IMG/VR virus record: IMGVR_UViG_3300023170_004399
Coordinates: 64,001-128,000 of that record
Length of the DNA stretch: 64,000 nucleotides
DNA from: a virus
Lineage: Duplodnaviria; Caudoviricetes
Direction: 5' to 3' (one strand)
Position numbers and translations under genes: made by a program. This document shows, piece by piece, positions 34,757 to 46,246 of the stretch. Under the pieces are notes generated by a model. It made no database searches and was not told where the DNA came from. It saw nothing but the letters and a program-made list of their open reading frames with translations. How positions within the stretch are numbered: the first letter of the stretch is position 1; every line of letters begins with the position of its first letter.

Positions 34757-36544
34757 ATGGCGAAACTAAAAAACTATCTAGCTCGAGATTTTGCATCTTT
34801 TAGGTCAGAGTTGTTAACTTACGCGAGAGCTTATTTTCCGACAAAGATTAATGATTTTAATGAAGCCGGCTTAGGCGGCATGTTTATTGATATGGCAGCA
34901 TATATTGGTGATAACTTGTCGTTTTATTTAGATCATCAGTTTAATGAGTTAGATCCATCAACAGCAGTCGAGTTTGACAATATAGCAATGCATGCTAGAA
35001 ATGCTGGGGTCGTCATAGAAGGAAAAGCACCAGCTGTTGCTGAGTTAACTTTCTATATAGATTTTGTACCTACCAAGAGTGAAAATGGAGAGTTAATGCC
35101 AGATCTAAAATTTGCGCCCACAATTAAAGCTTATTCTAGCTTTACTACTGATTCTGGCATTGTTTTTACGTTGTTAGAAGATTGTGACTTTGCCGAAAAA
35201 GATTTTAATGGTAATTTGTTGGCAGATGTTATTGCAGATCCTAATGATTCTTCGAACGTAATATTGATCAAAAAAGCAACTGTTGTTTCTGGTCAAGTGG
35301 TAACCGAGGATTTTGTATTTGGTTCAACACCGATACCATTTAGAAATATAACATTGGCTAATTCTAACATTAGTAGAATTATTTCTGTTTTAGACAGTCA
35401 AAAAAATAACTACTATGAAGTAGAAAGTCTTAGCCAAGATACGGTATTTCAAAAAATAGATAATCCAACACAAGAATATTCGACGCTAAAATTAGCAGCT
35501 GCTCCTTACAGATATGTAACTGAAGTTAACTTGTTATCTAGAAAAACAAAGCTTACCTTCGGTGGCGGAGATGCTAGTGAAAAAGAAGATGACTTAGTAC
35601 CTGATCCATCACAGTTGGCATTGCCTCTTTATGGCCGAACCACTTTGTCTAAATTTAGTATTGATCCTAAAAATTTATTAAAGACAAAGACCTTAGGAAT
35701 AACGCCAACAAATACTACTGTGTCTGTTACTTATCAGTATGGTGGCGGTCTAGACCATAATGTTGCTCCAGAAACAATAACAAATATTAATACCCTAGAA
35801 ATGGTGTTTCAACCCGGCTTAAGTTTTGCCAGCATTGAATTAATTAGAAATAGTTTGTCAATAAAAAATGAGCTTGAAGCTAGGGGTGGTGCAAATGCAT
35901 TGTCAATTGATGAAATTAAAGAACAAATATTAAGCGCTAAAAATTTACAAAATCGTGTAGTTTCGAAAGCTGATTTGTTAGCAAGAATATATAGCCTACC
36001 TAGTGAATTTGGCCGTGTCTACAGGGCGACAATAGTGCCAAATGAAAACAACCCATTGGCAACCAATCTTTACATTTTATCAAAAGACGCTTCTAATAAA
36101 TTGACTTTTGCGCCTAGTTTACTTAAGAAAAATATAAAAACATATTTGAATGAATTTAGATTAATTTCCGATGCTATTGATATATTAGATGCACAAATTT
36201 TAAATTATCAAGTTAATATTAGCATAATTACACTGCCATCAGCAAACAAACTAAATGTTAGACAAGTCGTTGATGAAAAAATAAGAGAATTATTTAAAAC
36301 CGAAAAAATCCAAATAGGTCAGCCTATCGTTGAAATGGATATATTTAATGCAGTTGCTAGTGTTACTGGTGTTTTTTCAATTTCAAATATTGAGGTTAAA
36401 AATATTAATGGCACAGTTGATGGACGTTCTTATTCGAATACAAGTTACAATTTAATTAAGGAAAAAGGAGTTTATTTTATACCGAGCAACTCTATTTTAG
36501 AGTTAAAATTTCCTGATAATGACATCAGTATTTCAATACAATAG
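34757..36544 (+). CDS. baseplate wedge subunit, T4 gp6 / baseplate J-like
   Basis: 'RDFASFRSELLTYARAYFP...DFNEAGLGGMFIDMAAYIGDNLSFYLDHQFNE', 'GGANALSIDEIK', 'QNRVVSKADL'. Confidence 0.9.
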   Translation: MAKLKNYLARDFASFRSELLTYARAYFPTKINDFNEAGLGGMFIDMAAYIGDNLSFYLDHQFNELDPSTAVEFDNIAMHARNAGVVIEGKAPAVAELTFYIDFVPTKSENGELMPDLKFAPTIKAYSSFTTDSGIVFTLLEDCDFAEKDFNGNLLADVIADPNDSSNVILIKKATVVSGQVVTEDFVFGSTPIPFRNITLANSNISRIISVLDSQKNNYYEVESLSQDTVFQKIDNPTQEYSTLKLAAAPYRYVTEVNLLSRKTKLTFGGGDASEKEDDLVPDPSQLALPLYGRTTLSKFSIDPKNLLKTKTLGITPTNTTVSVTYQYGGGLDHNVAPETITNINTLEMVFQPGLSFASIELIRNSLSIKNELEARGGANALSIDEIKEQILSAKNLQNRVVSKADLLARIYSLPSEFGRVYRATIVPNENNPLATNLYILSKDASNKLTFAPSLLKKNIKTYLNEFRLISDAIDILDAQILNYQVNISIITLPSANKLNVRQVVDEKIRELFKTEKIQIGQPIVEMDIFNAVASVTGVFSISNIEVKNINGTVDGRSYSNTSYNLIKEKGVYFIPSNSILELKFPDNDISISIQ

Positions 36545-36552
36545 AGAATGAC

Positions 36553-38040
36553 ATGCACAAAAAATATACTGCAAAAAATGATACATACATAACTAACAAG
36601 ATATTATCAAATAATAAAAAGGCTATTCAATCTAACGTTGGTAAAGCTTCAACATTAGATTTATATAAGTTGTATAATGAAAATGATTATGCCGGCGAAG
36701 AAAACCCAATTGAATTAACCAGATTGTTACTTAAATTTGACACACCCGCAATCTCAGCTTCATTAAACGAGATTAATTTTAATGATCCATCTTTTAAAGT
36801 TGAATTAGAATTAAAAGACTTGCAAGGTTCTCAAATAGCACCAACAGATTACACTGTTAGTATATACCCATTAAGCAAATCTTTTGATGAAGGCGTCGGC
36901 CGAGATATTACTATGTTGTCTCATTTAGATAGTGCCAATTGGCTTACAGCTTCATATTCAAATGGCACATATTCTCTATGGAATACGGCTGGTGCTTCCA
37001 AAGAAGGCCTACTAGGTTCAGATGATATTGATATTATATCAAGCGGGAATTTAGGAAGTGGAATTGAGAAAATATTTGTCGATAAAAGTATATCAGCCAG
37101 GAACTCAGATTTACTAGTAGATGTTACAAAAATTTTTAGCGCTAGTGCCACCGGCATTTTACCGGATTACGGTTTTCTTATAAAATTTAGTGGATCATTT
37201 GAAACTGATCAAAAATCTTATTTTGTAAAAAGGTTTGCTAGTGCACAATCTGCTAATTCTTTTAAAAAGCCAACGTTGCACGTAAAATATAATGATCACA
37301 TAGTTGATGACAGAATGTTTGCCACTTATAACACAGATGGTAAACTATATTTAAAAAACAAAGTTAACGGTAATAGTAAAAATTTGTTAAGCGGCAGTTC
37401 AACTATTGATGGCGCAAACTGTTTGTTAATAAAACTGGATCATCAAACAAATAACATAACATATTTAACTGCTAGTCAAGCTATTAATGCTAGCAAAAAA
37501 ATAGTCGGTCTATATTCTGCTAGTTTTAATATTGATGGCTTAAATCAATATTTGTCAGAATCTTATGCTGCGAATAAAAATGTGACTATTCACGAAAAGT
37601 GGACTAGTTTGGATGAAAATGTATTATTTTACACCGGTTCTTTCGACCTAAAGAAAAGCTCATCAGGTTTTACCAGCCCAGGGCAGAACAAACAAGTTAT
37701 ACTCTATAATCTTAAGGAAAAATACAAGCTTAATGAGCATGCAAAAATAAATATTTTTATTAAACAATTTTTAAAAGATTTACCTGCTGTTCGAACACCA
37801 GTTGTTGCTAAAACTGATTTTGAAAAATATGTGTATTATCAAATTAAAAGTGTAAAAGAAAATAGTGTTATAATACCTTTTAGTGACTACACTAGGTGCG
37901 ATGTGGATAGCTCAACAGTTTCATTTGATTTACCAACACATTCATTACCAAAAGGTCACTCATATTCAATTGACATCAAGATAGTAACTGATGGTAATGA
38001 AAACATATATGAGACAACTAATACTTTTAAAATAGATTAA
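36553..38040 (+). CDS. baseplate-associated structural protein
   Basis: 'TAKNDTYI...TRLLLKFD...SIYPLSKSFDEG' pattern; position in the wedge operon. Confidence 0.55.
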   Translation: MHKKYTAKNDTYITNKILSNNKKAIQSNVGKASTLDLYKLYNENDYAGEENPIELTRLLLKFDTPAISASLNEINFNDPSFKVELELKDLQGSQIAPTDYTVSIYPLSKSFDEGVGRDITMLSHLDSANWLTASYSNGTYSLWNTAGASKEGLLGSDDIDIISSGNLGSGIEKIFVDKSISARNSDLLVDVTKIFSASATGILPDYGFLIKFSGSFETDQKSYFVKRFASAQSANSFKKPTLHVKYNDHIVDDRMFATYNTDGKLYLKNKVNGNSKNLLSGSSTIDGANCLLIKLDHQTNNITYLTASQAINASKKIVGLYSASFNIDGLNQYLSESYAANKNVTIHEKWTSLDENVLFYTGSFDLKKSSSGFTSPGQNKQVILYNLKEKYKLNEHAKINIFIKQFLKDLPAVRTPVVAKTDFEKYVYYQIKSVKENSVIIPFSDYTRCDVDSSTVSFDLPTHSLPKGHSYSIDIKIVTDGNENIYETTNTFKID

Positions 38041-38051
38041 CGGGAAATGCA

Positions 38052-41000
38052 ATGTCCATATTTGATGATAAAAATTTTATAAATTCTGTCAAGACTGGCG
38101 GCGCAACAAAAATAGCCTTTAACGCAGAAAGTTTGCAAACTATATATGGTGAAAACGCCAAAGGTATTTGGAAATTTGATTCACCTGAAACAGGCTTAAA
38201 GTCAAGTCAGCAAATCAATATTGACTATTCTGCTTTTGTAAATCATTGCTTTTTTAATTCCGCGGAAGCAAAAGTTAATTTAGCATTTAATAAAATAATT
38301 AATGAGTATCCATTTGATGGTACTGAAAGCGAATTTCTAGAATATATTGATTCGCTAGATGGTTACCAAAAATATATTTTAGATAACTTCCCAAAAAGCA
38401 GCGGTTATTTAACTTTCACTAGTGACAGCACTCAGTATGTTGAAACTCCAGACAAGGCTGGTGCGCTATTTACTAGCATTTCTAGAAAAAAAGATAATCG
38501 TGCAGTAATAGGACCTTCAATATCAAATAATGGATTTACAATAGAATCTTACATTTCTGTGCCAACAGTTACGGCTCAAAATAATATAGTGTTTCAAAAA
38601 CTATCTGAAAATGGTGGAGTAAGCCTAGTAATCTCAGGTAGTGACGCAAGTGACAATACAACAAAAATTTCTTTATATGTGTCTTCTGCCTCTAATGGTA
38701 ACATTATATCAAATACAGTTGATGCAAATATTAGCAAAGGTGACTTTAAATTTGTTGTTGCAAAATATGACAAATCAAGTAACAAACTTTCTTTACAAGT
38801 AGATGATGCAAAATCTGTTAGTACTGGTTCTTTAGAGATAGGTTATATTGATTTTAACAGCTCAAACATATTAATAGGTAGTGGGTCTGATCATTCTTTA
38901 AATGGACAGACTTTCACTGCGCAGCAAACATTTACTGGCAGTATTGACGAATTTAGACTATACGGTAAAATTAAATCTGATACTGAAATTGAAAATTCAC
39001 GTTATGGCATTGTTTACCAAGATGAAGATTTACAATTATATTATAGATTTAATGAAGCCAGTGGTTCATACACTTCGAATAATATATTGTTAGACCACAG
39101 TGGAAACGGCTTGCATGCTACTGTGGCAAATTACGCAACAACTATGAGGTCAGCGAGACCCTTTAACATACCACTTATATATGAACCTGGTATTAACTGT
39201 CCGATATTGTTCCCTAACAATACTGACTTACAAACATATAATACTAATTTGCTTACTGAGGCAAACAAATATGACATTAACAACCCTAATTTAATACTCA
39301 AATTAGTGCCAAAACATTATTTTGAAGAAGCACAATTTTTTGAAGGATTTGTTAATGAACAAGGTGATCTAGGTGAAAACTATAGTTACACTTCTGCCTT
39401 TCCTGGTGGAGGACAATTGCCGAGTAGTCAAATCTTAACTAGTTTTTTGCTAATTTGGGCTAACTATTTTGATGAGTTGAAAATATATTTAGATGCTTTT
39501 TCTTCATTAAAGCATGTAACATATGAAGACTTTAATAATGTGCCAACGCAGTTTATGCCTTTTTTAGCGAGACAATTTGGTTTCGAATTATCAGATCCAT
39601 TTGCTAATACCGGGCCTCTGCAGTATCACTATGGGAGAAATTTGGTTAATAACAGGGTGCAATCTGAAAAATCTTTAAGAGAAATAATGGAAGAGTTATG
39701 GAAAAGATTTTTGGTCCAAACGCCTTTCTTGATAAGGTCTAAAGGTACAATTGAATCTGTGCGCGCAGTAATGAATAGTTTAGGTATAAACCCTGACAAC
39801 AATTTTAGATTGAGAGAATATGGAAGAAATGAAAGAATTACAATAGATGATCATAGAAAATTAGTTAAAAGAAGTAAAAACGAGCTTCTAATTACAGAAA
39901 ACTCATTCGTCACCAGCTCAAATATTAGTGGTTACAGGCATGAATTTGGTCTACCCCTTGGGGGAGAACCAACTGCTACTACAACAGTTGTTGACACTGG
40001 CGGAATTAAATACACAGTTACAGGAGCACCAGTTAATACGTTATTTACATCTGCTAGTTGGAGTTTTGAATCAAATTACAGAATGTTAGAAAGTACAAGC
40101 ATACAACCAGTGACGCAAAGCTTATTTAGAATTGAAGCCAAAGATGCATCAAATAACCCGCACGTGTTATTAAATCTTTTGGCCATGAAAAATGATAAAA
40201 ATAAAAATGATTATAGTGTCAAACTAATACACAACGCCAATGACACACAGTTAGTAGACTTAAGTTTGCCTGTTAATGTCTTTGATAACAGAAACTGGTA
40301 TGTCAACATAGACCATACAAATGGTAGTGAAAATGGTTTGTATACTTTAAGGTTTTATAATGCTAGCAATGATGACATTGCGACTAGCTTCACTACTAGT
40401 TCATATTACACTATTGATCACAACTCTGAATTAATAGATATATCTAATTCTAACACAGATAATGGTATTTTCTTTGCTATTGGAAATTCGTTTTCATCTT
40501 ATTCTTCAAAAAATGTTAGTACAAGTATTAGCGGATCTATTAATCATTTATCAGCTAGTATATCTAGTTTGCGTTTTTGGTCTAAAAATTTAGATGAAAA
40601 AGAAAGCCAGGAACATGCTATTAATATTGACAGTGTCGGTACTAAACAGCCTTTGGTTAATTACAATTTTGTTACAGATTTAAATTTAGCTAAAACTAGT
40701 TTTGAAACAGAAAAAAGCATACCAGAAAACAGCTGGGGCCGACTACGTATGCATTTTGATATGATTGCTGAGCCTGAAGTGCAAAGCAATGGAGACATAG
40801 TTGTTTTAGATAATTCTCAACAAGAGTATAATTTAACTGGTTCCGGGTTTACGTCTAATGCAATTAACGTCAAAAACAGCTTAAAAACATTCAGTGTTAT
40901 AGATCCATATTGGGACCAACCTTCATCTGCAAATAAAATAAGGCTGCATGGTTTAGAAGAGCCGGTATTTTTTCTAGAAAATAGTGGAAAAACAGAGGAC

Positions 41001-41420
41001 AGGAGATTTTCTATTGAAGCAAGTGTTGTACACGCGTTAAATGAAGATATTGTTAACATGTTTAGTACTTTAGATTTTTTAAATGACGCAATTGGCCACC
41101 AGGAAGCTTTTTATGGTGTCAACTATCCTACTTTAGATCGTTTAGCAGATAAGTATTTTAACAGATTAACTGACAAAGTCAATTTTGTTAATTTTTATAG
41201 GTTTTTTAAGTGGTTTGATTTAAATTTTGGAAGCTTAATAGATGTATTAATACCACGTACAACAGAATTTTTAGGCGTAAATTTTGTAATTGAGTCACAT
41301 ATGTTAGAAAGACACAAGCTAGAATATAAACAAGGTGATGTACATGTCGATATAAATGACAGACTGGTTAGATCAATAGAACCGATATTAATAGCTTATT
41401 GTAAAAAGGAAATAGGGTAA
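38052..41420 (+). CDS. large baseplate wedge protein (gp7/tail-I-like) with LamG-like domain
   Basis: 'LARQFGFEL', 'IRSKGTIESVRAVMNSLGI..LREYG', LamG-like 'FTGSIDEFRLY...LYYRFNE', C-terminal 'VIESHMLER'. Confidence 0.6.
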   Translation: MSIFDDKNFINSVKTGGATKIAFNAESLQTIYGENAKGIWKFDSPETGLKSSQQINIDYSAFVNHCFFNSAEAKVNLAFNKIINEYPFDGTESEFLEYIDSLDGYQKYILDNFPKSSGYLTFTSDSTQYVETPDKAGALFTSISRKKDNRAVIGPSISNNGFTIESYISVPTVTAQNNIVFQKLSENGGVSLVISGSDASDNTTKISLYVSSASNGNIISNTVDANISKGDFKFVVAKYDKSSNKLSLQVDDAKSVSTGSLEIGYIDFNSSNILIGSGSDHSLNGQTFTAQQTFTGSIDEFRLYGKIKSDTEIENSRYGIVYQDEDLQLYYRFNEASGSYTSNNILLDHSGNGLHATVANYATTMRSARPFNIPLIYEPGINCPILFPNNTDLQTYNTNLLTEANKYDINNPNLILKLVPKHYFEEAQFFEGFVNEQGDLGENYSYTSAFPGGGQLPSSQILTSFLLIWANYFDELKIYLDAFSSLKHVTYEDFNNVPTQFMPFLARQFGFELSDPFANTGPLQYHYGRNLVNNRVQSEKSLREIMEELWKRFLVQTPFLIRSKGTIESVRAVMNSLGINPDNNFRLREYGRNERITIDDHRKLVKRSKNELLITENSFVTSSNISGYRHEFGLPLGGEPTATTTVVDTGGIKYTVTGAPVNTLFTSASWSFESNYRMLESTSIQPVTQSLFRIEAKDASNNPHVLLNLLAMKNDKNKNDYSVKLIHNANDTQLVDLSLPVNVFDNRNWYVNIDHTNGSENGLYTLRFYNASNDDIATSFTTSSYYTIDHNSELIDISNSNTDNGIFFAIGNSFSSYSSKNVSTSISGSINHLSASISSLRFWSKNLDEKESQEHAINIDSVGTKQPLVNYNFVTDLNLAKTSFETEKSIPENSWGRLRMHFDMIAEPEVQSNGDIVVLDNSQQEYNLTGSGFTSNAINVKNSLKTFSVIDPYWDQPSSANKIRLHGLEEPVFFLENSGKTEDRRFSIEASVVHALNEDIVNMFSTLDFLNDAIGHQEAFYGVNYPTLDRLADKYFNRLTDKVNFVNFYRFFKWFDLNFGSLIDVLIPRTTEFLGVNFVIESHMLERHKLEYKQGDVHVDINDRLVRSIEPILIAYCKKEIG

Positions 41421-42370
41421 TGAGCCATTCTGGTGTTAAAAGTTTACGTACAAAAAACGAAGTTAATAAATTAACTGGTGAATACGGAGGTGAAAGTTAT
41501 TATCAAGGCGTTGAGATAAGAGATGCTGATGTACACTCATCAATGTTGCCATTAATTAACAGGGAACTAGAAGGAAAGTACAAAGTATACAACCCAGTAA
41601 GACACGATAATGTGCGCTATGCTGAAATAAGAGATTCTAGGTTTGACGACGATCAGCCATATAAAGAAAGCGACAATTCTGATTGCCTTTATATATCAGG
41701 ATCTGAAGTAGTTTTTCCAAATGGTCATTGGAAAAGGAATAATGTCACAGTAGAACTGCAGTCTTTAGATAAAGTCCAACTGCATGACAAATTTAGATTT
41801 AATACTGACACACCATTTGTAGATTTTGATTCTACTAGTTTAATATCACCTATTGAATATGCTGGTATAGAAATAGTTAACGGCTTAAGCTTCGTACACA
41901 GAGATGATCACACAGCTGCGCAGCATTTAAAAAACATTATAGATCCTATGACGCTGAAAACTAGCACGTGGGAAGACAAGTTAATAGCTTACGGTGATGA
42001 TTACTCAGGTGGAATATTTGGCACTAAGCAGAACATTATTGCATTTACTTATGACATTAATGAAAAAACCGAAAATGATCAATGGTTTTATGATTCATAT
42101 GATTTTATACATTCTATACATAGTGGTAATGAAAACCATATAGATCCACATTGGTTGCCTCTTAAAAATCTAAACACTTTAGAAGAAAAATATTTTTACG
42201 ATGACGTAATTGCAGATAGATTTTATGTTGAACCAGAGATAGAACAACACGTTGTTGATGGATATGCGGAAGGTGATATTAACCCAAAACATGTGCAAAT
42301 GTCAACCGGTTTTACGGAATATTCTAGTGAAAAACAAGATGCAATGTCATACAGAGGTTTGTTAAGGTAG
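41420..42370 (+). CDS. hypothetical (probably structural) protein
   Basis: 316-aa acidic ORF coupled to the baseplate genes. Confidence 0.65.
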   Translation: MSHSGVKSLRTKNEVNKLTGEYGGESYYQGVEIRDADVHSSMLPLINRELEGKYKVYNPVRHDNVRYAEIRDSRFDDDQPYKESDNSDCLYISGSEVVFPNGHWKRNNVTVELQSLDKVQLHDKFRFNTDTPFVDFDSTSLISPIEYAGIEIVNGLSFVHRDDHTAAQHLKNIIDPMTLKTSTWEDKLIAYGDDYSGGIFGTKQNIIAFTYDINEKTENDQWFYDSYDFIHSIHSGNENHIDPHWLPLKNLNTLEEKYFYDDVIADRFYVEPEIEQHVVDGYAEGDINPKHVQMSTGFTEYSSEKQDAMSYRGLLR

Positions 42371-42377
42371 ATTTATT

Positions 42378-45300
42378 ATGCCAAGATATGGAAGAAAATT
42401 AGAACCATTTAACCCAAATAAACAATTTAGACCACAAAACTCCGCTGATACTGGTTTTTATACTGGTGATGTCGGAGATGATCTGTTGTTTTGGTTAAAA
42501 TATAATCAACATGCGCTTACAGTTTCTAATGGCGCTAACAGTAATTTAGTTACTTTGTCAACTCCCGATCATGATTTTACGAATGGCCCTAACATTAGGT
42601 TCCCAGTTGGCGCTGCATTACATAAGCAAAATGTCGACGAAAATCTTCAAATAACTGGACTGACAGATCAAAATATGTTTCCAACAGACGAAAAAGGTTT
42701 TTTAATATCCGGATGGGTTTATTTAAAATCATATAATGCTGATGGTTCTGGTTCGAACAATGGCAGTTGTATCATATCAAAAAATCGATCAGAAGATGGT
42801 GGTTTTGATGTGTTTATTAACAATACTGGGAACATAGGAATTAGATTTTATGGTAATGGCGCATCACATTATCAAAAATTTATTGTTGCATATACGTCAT
42901 CTCCGGTACCATTAAATGCTTGGTTTCATTTTATCATATATGTAAATGGTGCTACTGCAGTAACAGAGAATATTGGCGATTATGAATTTTCTAGTGGTAC
43001 TTTTTTAGATGGTGTCAAGATAATGTTGAATGGCCAAGATAAAAGTTTAGCATTATCTTATACAAATACTACAATTCCGTTCTTAGATAGTAGTTCGACT
43101 GCAATGACAATTAATGTTGCGTACGGTGACGGTGAAGACGATGGCACTTTCCCTCCAGACGGTAAAGTTTTCTTGAATGGCTACTTAGCAGAAATAATAA
43201 TGATAAATGGTGCGTCTATACTAAATGCAGAAGACAAGCTTTCATTTATATATAAAGTTGCTAAAGATGGCATGTTAGGTTATCAATCTGGATATATAGA
43301 CAACCCATATCGTGTTGAGTTAAACGACAGACAAATTAACGTAAGATCTCCGTCTTTAACCATTCCGGGGGATCATAGAGCAAAAGGCAATCACAGAATA
43401 TTTTTTGATGACAGTAATGGGCAGCCAGATGGTGCTGTAGGAAGTATAAACTATGCTTCAAGATTATTTGTAGAAGATACATATAATGCTGCTGTTTTTG
43501 ATAACAAAACGTTTTTTGATGGCAATTTAATTTTTCAATCAACAAGCAGTACAGATTATTATGAGACTAGCAGAGTTTTTAGGAGCCCTTCTTTCAAGCA
43601 AAGTATCGAACCATTTATAGAAAGTAGAATTTACATTGAAGATGACAATAGTAATTATTTAGTCGCTACAGCTCCCGAAATATTACCAAATTTTAGTCAA
43701 TCGTTAAGAAATAAAGATGTTATAACAATAGAATTGCCATTAGCTAATGACAACATTATTGGCAACGTCAGTAATTCTTCAACAAGGACAGATCAAATTC
43801 CTGTAATGTGTTATTACAATTCTGAAAATAATCTTTTCGAAAATAAACCCGGCTTTACTTTATATACGTTTAACCGATCACCATCAGATGCACCTATATT
43901 TACCGGTAATTTAACTGGCAGTTGCATTGCATTTAATCATTTAACAGCTCCATTATCTGCTAGTATGGAAGCCGGCTCATTTTATTACAATAATAATTTG
44001 CATTTTTGGGCTGACGAGTATTACAAAGCGTTTTCAAACCCTATCTCAACTTATGGTTTTCCTGACAGCCAAAGGTATTTGCAAAACAGAGACAGCACGA
44101 TAAAATTAAAAGATTATATTACTGAACCTTTTGTATGCGAATACATAAGAATAAGCGGAATAGAAGCACAATTTTATAATGATGATAATATTTCACAGTA
44201 CCCTAGACCAAACCAGGTAGGAGTACAGGCTCAATTTCCGGGATCACCTACGTTAGTTGTTGCAAGTACATCTATATTATATAATGTGCTACATACATTT
44301 TTGTTGCGACAATATAAATCAAATAAAGTTTTTAGCAGTACGTTACCGGTAGTAGACAAAAATAATAATGTATACACCGCGTCAATTGGTGATGTTACAA
44401 CAAATGAATTTAACAGAGATTTGTTTTGGTCTGACCATTGTAGTTTGTTTTCAGGTAATTCAACTGAGCTGGGTGGAGCAGCACTATCGGATTGGGGTAG
44501 TGCCATGGCATCTTCCCCGCAGCATAACATAACAGATTTGATTGATGACGTATATAGGTTAAAAACAGATCACAAAATTATAAAAATAAGTGATACTAGA
44601 CTATCTGGGTATAGTGACACTCAGCAAATTAATTTTTCTAAAAAACCATCGATGTCTTTCAAAACTGAAACTTCTGGTTTTCTATCGCGATTGCCTTTGA
44701 GTGAATACTATTATGCAACTTTAAATCATAAGTATATTGGCAATTCTGCAAATCATAGCGAACTTTCATCTGCTAGGTTTTTTGGACCAGCTTTGGTTGG
44801 ATTGGGTGAAGAAACATCTTCACCTGGGAACGTATACGTAGATAATGTTTCATTTGCAACTAATCCGCCAATCAATTTTACGACAAAAGAACTTACAGAT
44901 AGTAAAACAAATTATTTATTGATGCCAGAAGACGAATTAATATTCGGCATGCAAACTAATAATATTATTGAGAATTCAAAATATCATGAGTTAGGTGTGA
45001 AAATATTAAGTACTTCAAATATAAAAATAGAAATGTTTGGGTCTTATCTTAAAGATTTAAAACCAAAAAAGTCGGTTAGAAATCAAACAATTGGTTTTGG
45101 AAAAAATATGTCTTCTGTGGCTAATGATGTGCCAAACGATCATGATCAGTTTGATTTAGGCACGATAGGCGAATATACTGGTTCAATGGTTGATGAAGTA
45201 TATGGCAATGTTTCAGCGCTTACGGAAATTAATTCAGGATTAAGTACTTTTCATGTTGATAGCATGAACCGCGGAAGAATAGGGAGCGTAAGTGCTGGCA

Positions 45301-46217
45301 CCGCAGGTGTTTTTGGATCTTTAACTAGAAATATTAGAATAGATAATGATCAAGAGTATGAAGAACACAGTCTTTGTTTTGATATTCCAAAACTGTTTGA
45401 GAAAATTGGTAAAAGTAATACAATAAGTGAAACAGAATCTGGTGGTCAAAGTAGAAGGTTGTTTCTTATAGGTGACCACAGCGAACCTTATAATGAAAAA
45501 TGGTCTTTTAGTTATATATATGAAGAATATGATATTGATAGCACTGATTTATTAATCACACCATTTTCAAATGATAATAGAGCACACGGCCTGCAATATA
45601 GAAATGCAGCGGTGTCACCCTACATGACAAATCACTTTAGTGAACCATTTGATTATTCAGTATATTCAGATGCGTTTGTTATTTTAGATCCAACCATTAC
45701 AAATAAATACACAGTTGATGATGTTGATACATTGGTTAAACAAATCTCACTAGGGGATGTTGACACTGCATACCGAGTACTAGTTTCTACGGGCCCTAGA
45801 TCTAGAGGTCGTCATCACTTTAGGCCTAACCCAAATCAAGCTTTGCAAAAATTTGCATTGCATCTGCGAGGGTTGAAATATGGTCTTAGTAATCACAAAC
45901 CTAGTTCTGACGCAGCTGTATTTAGGCGTACAAGTTACGGACAGTTTAGGGACATGCTCGAACAAAGAAAGCAAACGACTTTATACACTGCGCAAGGGCA
46001 GTCAGGGTTAGAAATTATTAATTCTTCAATCCCAGTGCAAATAGAATGTAGAGATATATCTGATGGCATAGTGTTAGATTTAACAGATGACGTTAGTAAA
46101 ATTAAAAGAAACAACAAAGATTTTTATCAGAAAAGCACAAAAGGGTTTTTTGACAACGAGCCTATATATAATGATCCAAACGCAATAACTGACGAGGATT
46201 TAATTACTATTGAATAA
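42378..46217 (+). CDS. large structural protein with N-terminal LamG/concanavalin-like domain
   Basis: 'ISGWVYLK...IISK...NAWFHFII...LNGYLAEI' pattern; 1279 aa. Confidence 0.6.
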   Translation: MPRYGRKLEPFNPNKQFRPQNSADTGFYTGDVGDDLLFWLKYNQHALTVSNGANSNLVTLSTPDHDFTNGPNIRFPVGAALHKQNVDENLQITGLTDQNMFPTDEKGFLISGWVYLKSYNADGSGSNNGSCIISKNRSEDGGFDVFINNTGNIGIRFYGNGASHYQKFIVAYTSSPVPLNAWFHFIIYVNGATAVTENIGDYEFSSGTFLDGVKIMLNGQDKSLALSYTNTTIPFLDSSSTAMTINVAYGDGEDDGTFPPDGKVFLNGYLAEIIMINGASILNAEDKLSFIYKVAKDGMLGYQSGYIDNPYRVELNDRQINVRSPSLTIPGDHRAKGNHRIFFDDSNGQPDGAVGSINYASRLFVEDTYNAAVFDNKTFFDGNLIFQSTSSTDYYETSRVFRSPSFKQSIEPFIESRIYIEDDNSNYLVATAPEILPNFSQSLRNKDVITIELPLANDNIIGNVSNSSTRTDQIPVMCYYNSENNLFENKPGFTLYTFNRSPSDAPIFTGNLTGSCIAFNHLTAPLSASMEAGSFYYNNNLHFWADEYYKAFSNPISTYGFPDSQRYLQNRDSTIKLKDYITEPFVCEYIRISGIEAQFYNDDNISQYPRPNQVGVQAQFPGSPTLVVASTSILYNVLHTFLLRQYKSNKVFSSTLPVVDKNNNVYTASIGDVTTNEFNRDLFWSDHCSLFSGNSTELGGAALSDWGSAMASSPQHNITDLIDDVYRLKTDHKIIKISDTRLSGYSDTQQINFSKKPSMSFKTETSGFLSRLPLSEYYYATLNHKYIGNSANHSELSSARFFGPALVGLGEETSSPGNVYVDNVSFATNPPINFTTKELTDSKTNYLLMPEDELIFGMQTNNIIENSKYHELGVKILSTSNIKIEMFGSYLKDLKPKKSVRNQTIGFGKNMSSVANDVPNDHDQFDLGTIGEYTGSMVDEVYGNVSALTEINSGLSTFHVDSMNRGRIGSVSAGTAGVFGSLTRNIRIDNDQEYEEHSLCFDIPKLFEKIGKSNTISETESGGQSRRLFLIGDHSEPYNEKWSFSYIYEEYDIDSTDLLITPFSNDNRAHGLQYRNAAVSPYMTNHFSEPFDYSVYSDAFVILDPTITNKYTVDDVDTLVKQISLGDVDTAYRVLVSTGPRSRGRHHFRPNPNQALQKFALHLRGLKYGLSNHKPSSDAAVFRRTSYGQFRDMLEQRKQTTLYTAQGQSGLEIINSSIPVQIECRDISDGIVLDLTDDVSKIKRNNKDFYQKSTKGFFDNEPIYNDPNAITDEDLITIE

Positions 46218-46246
46218 TTATTAGTTAAAGTTAGGAAAGTTAAGTT

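Noticed and set aside
32526-41420. Interpretation as an extracellular contractile injection system or T6SS
   Set aside because: No T6SS membrane complex or eCIS Afp15 ATPase; gene sizes, the gp55-like sigma, PhoH and giant fibres fit a large phage better.
626-45974. Numerous 60-130 aa minus-strand and alternate-frame ORFs inside enzyme and baseplate genes
   Set aside because: They are fully nested in well-supported + strand genes and show no recognisable motifs. Only 7370-7624 lies in its own gap with an RBS and terminator.
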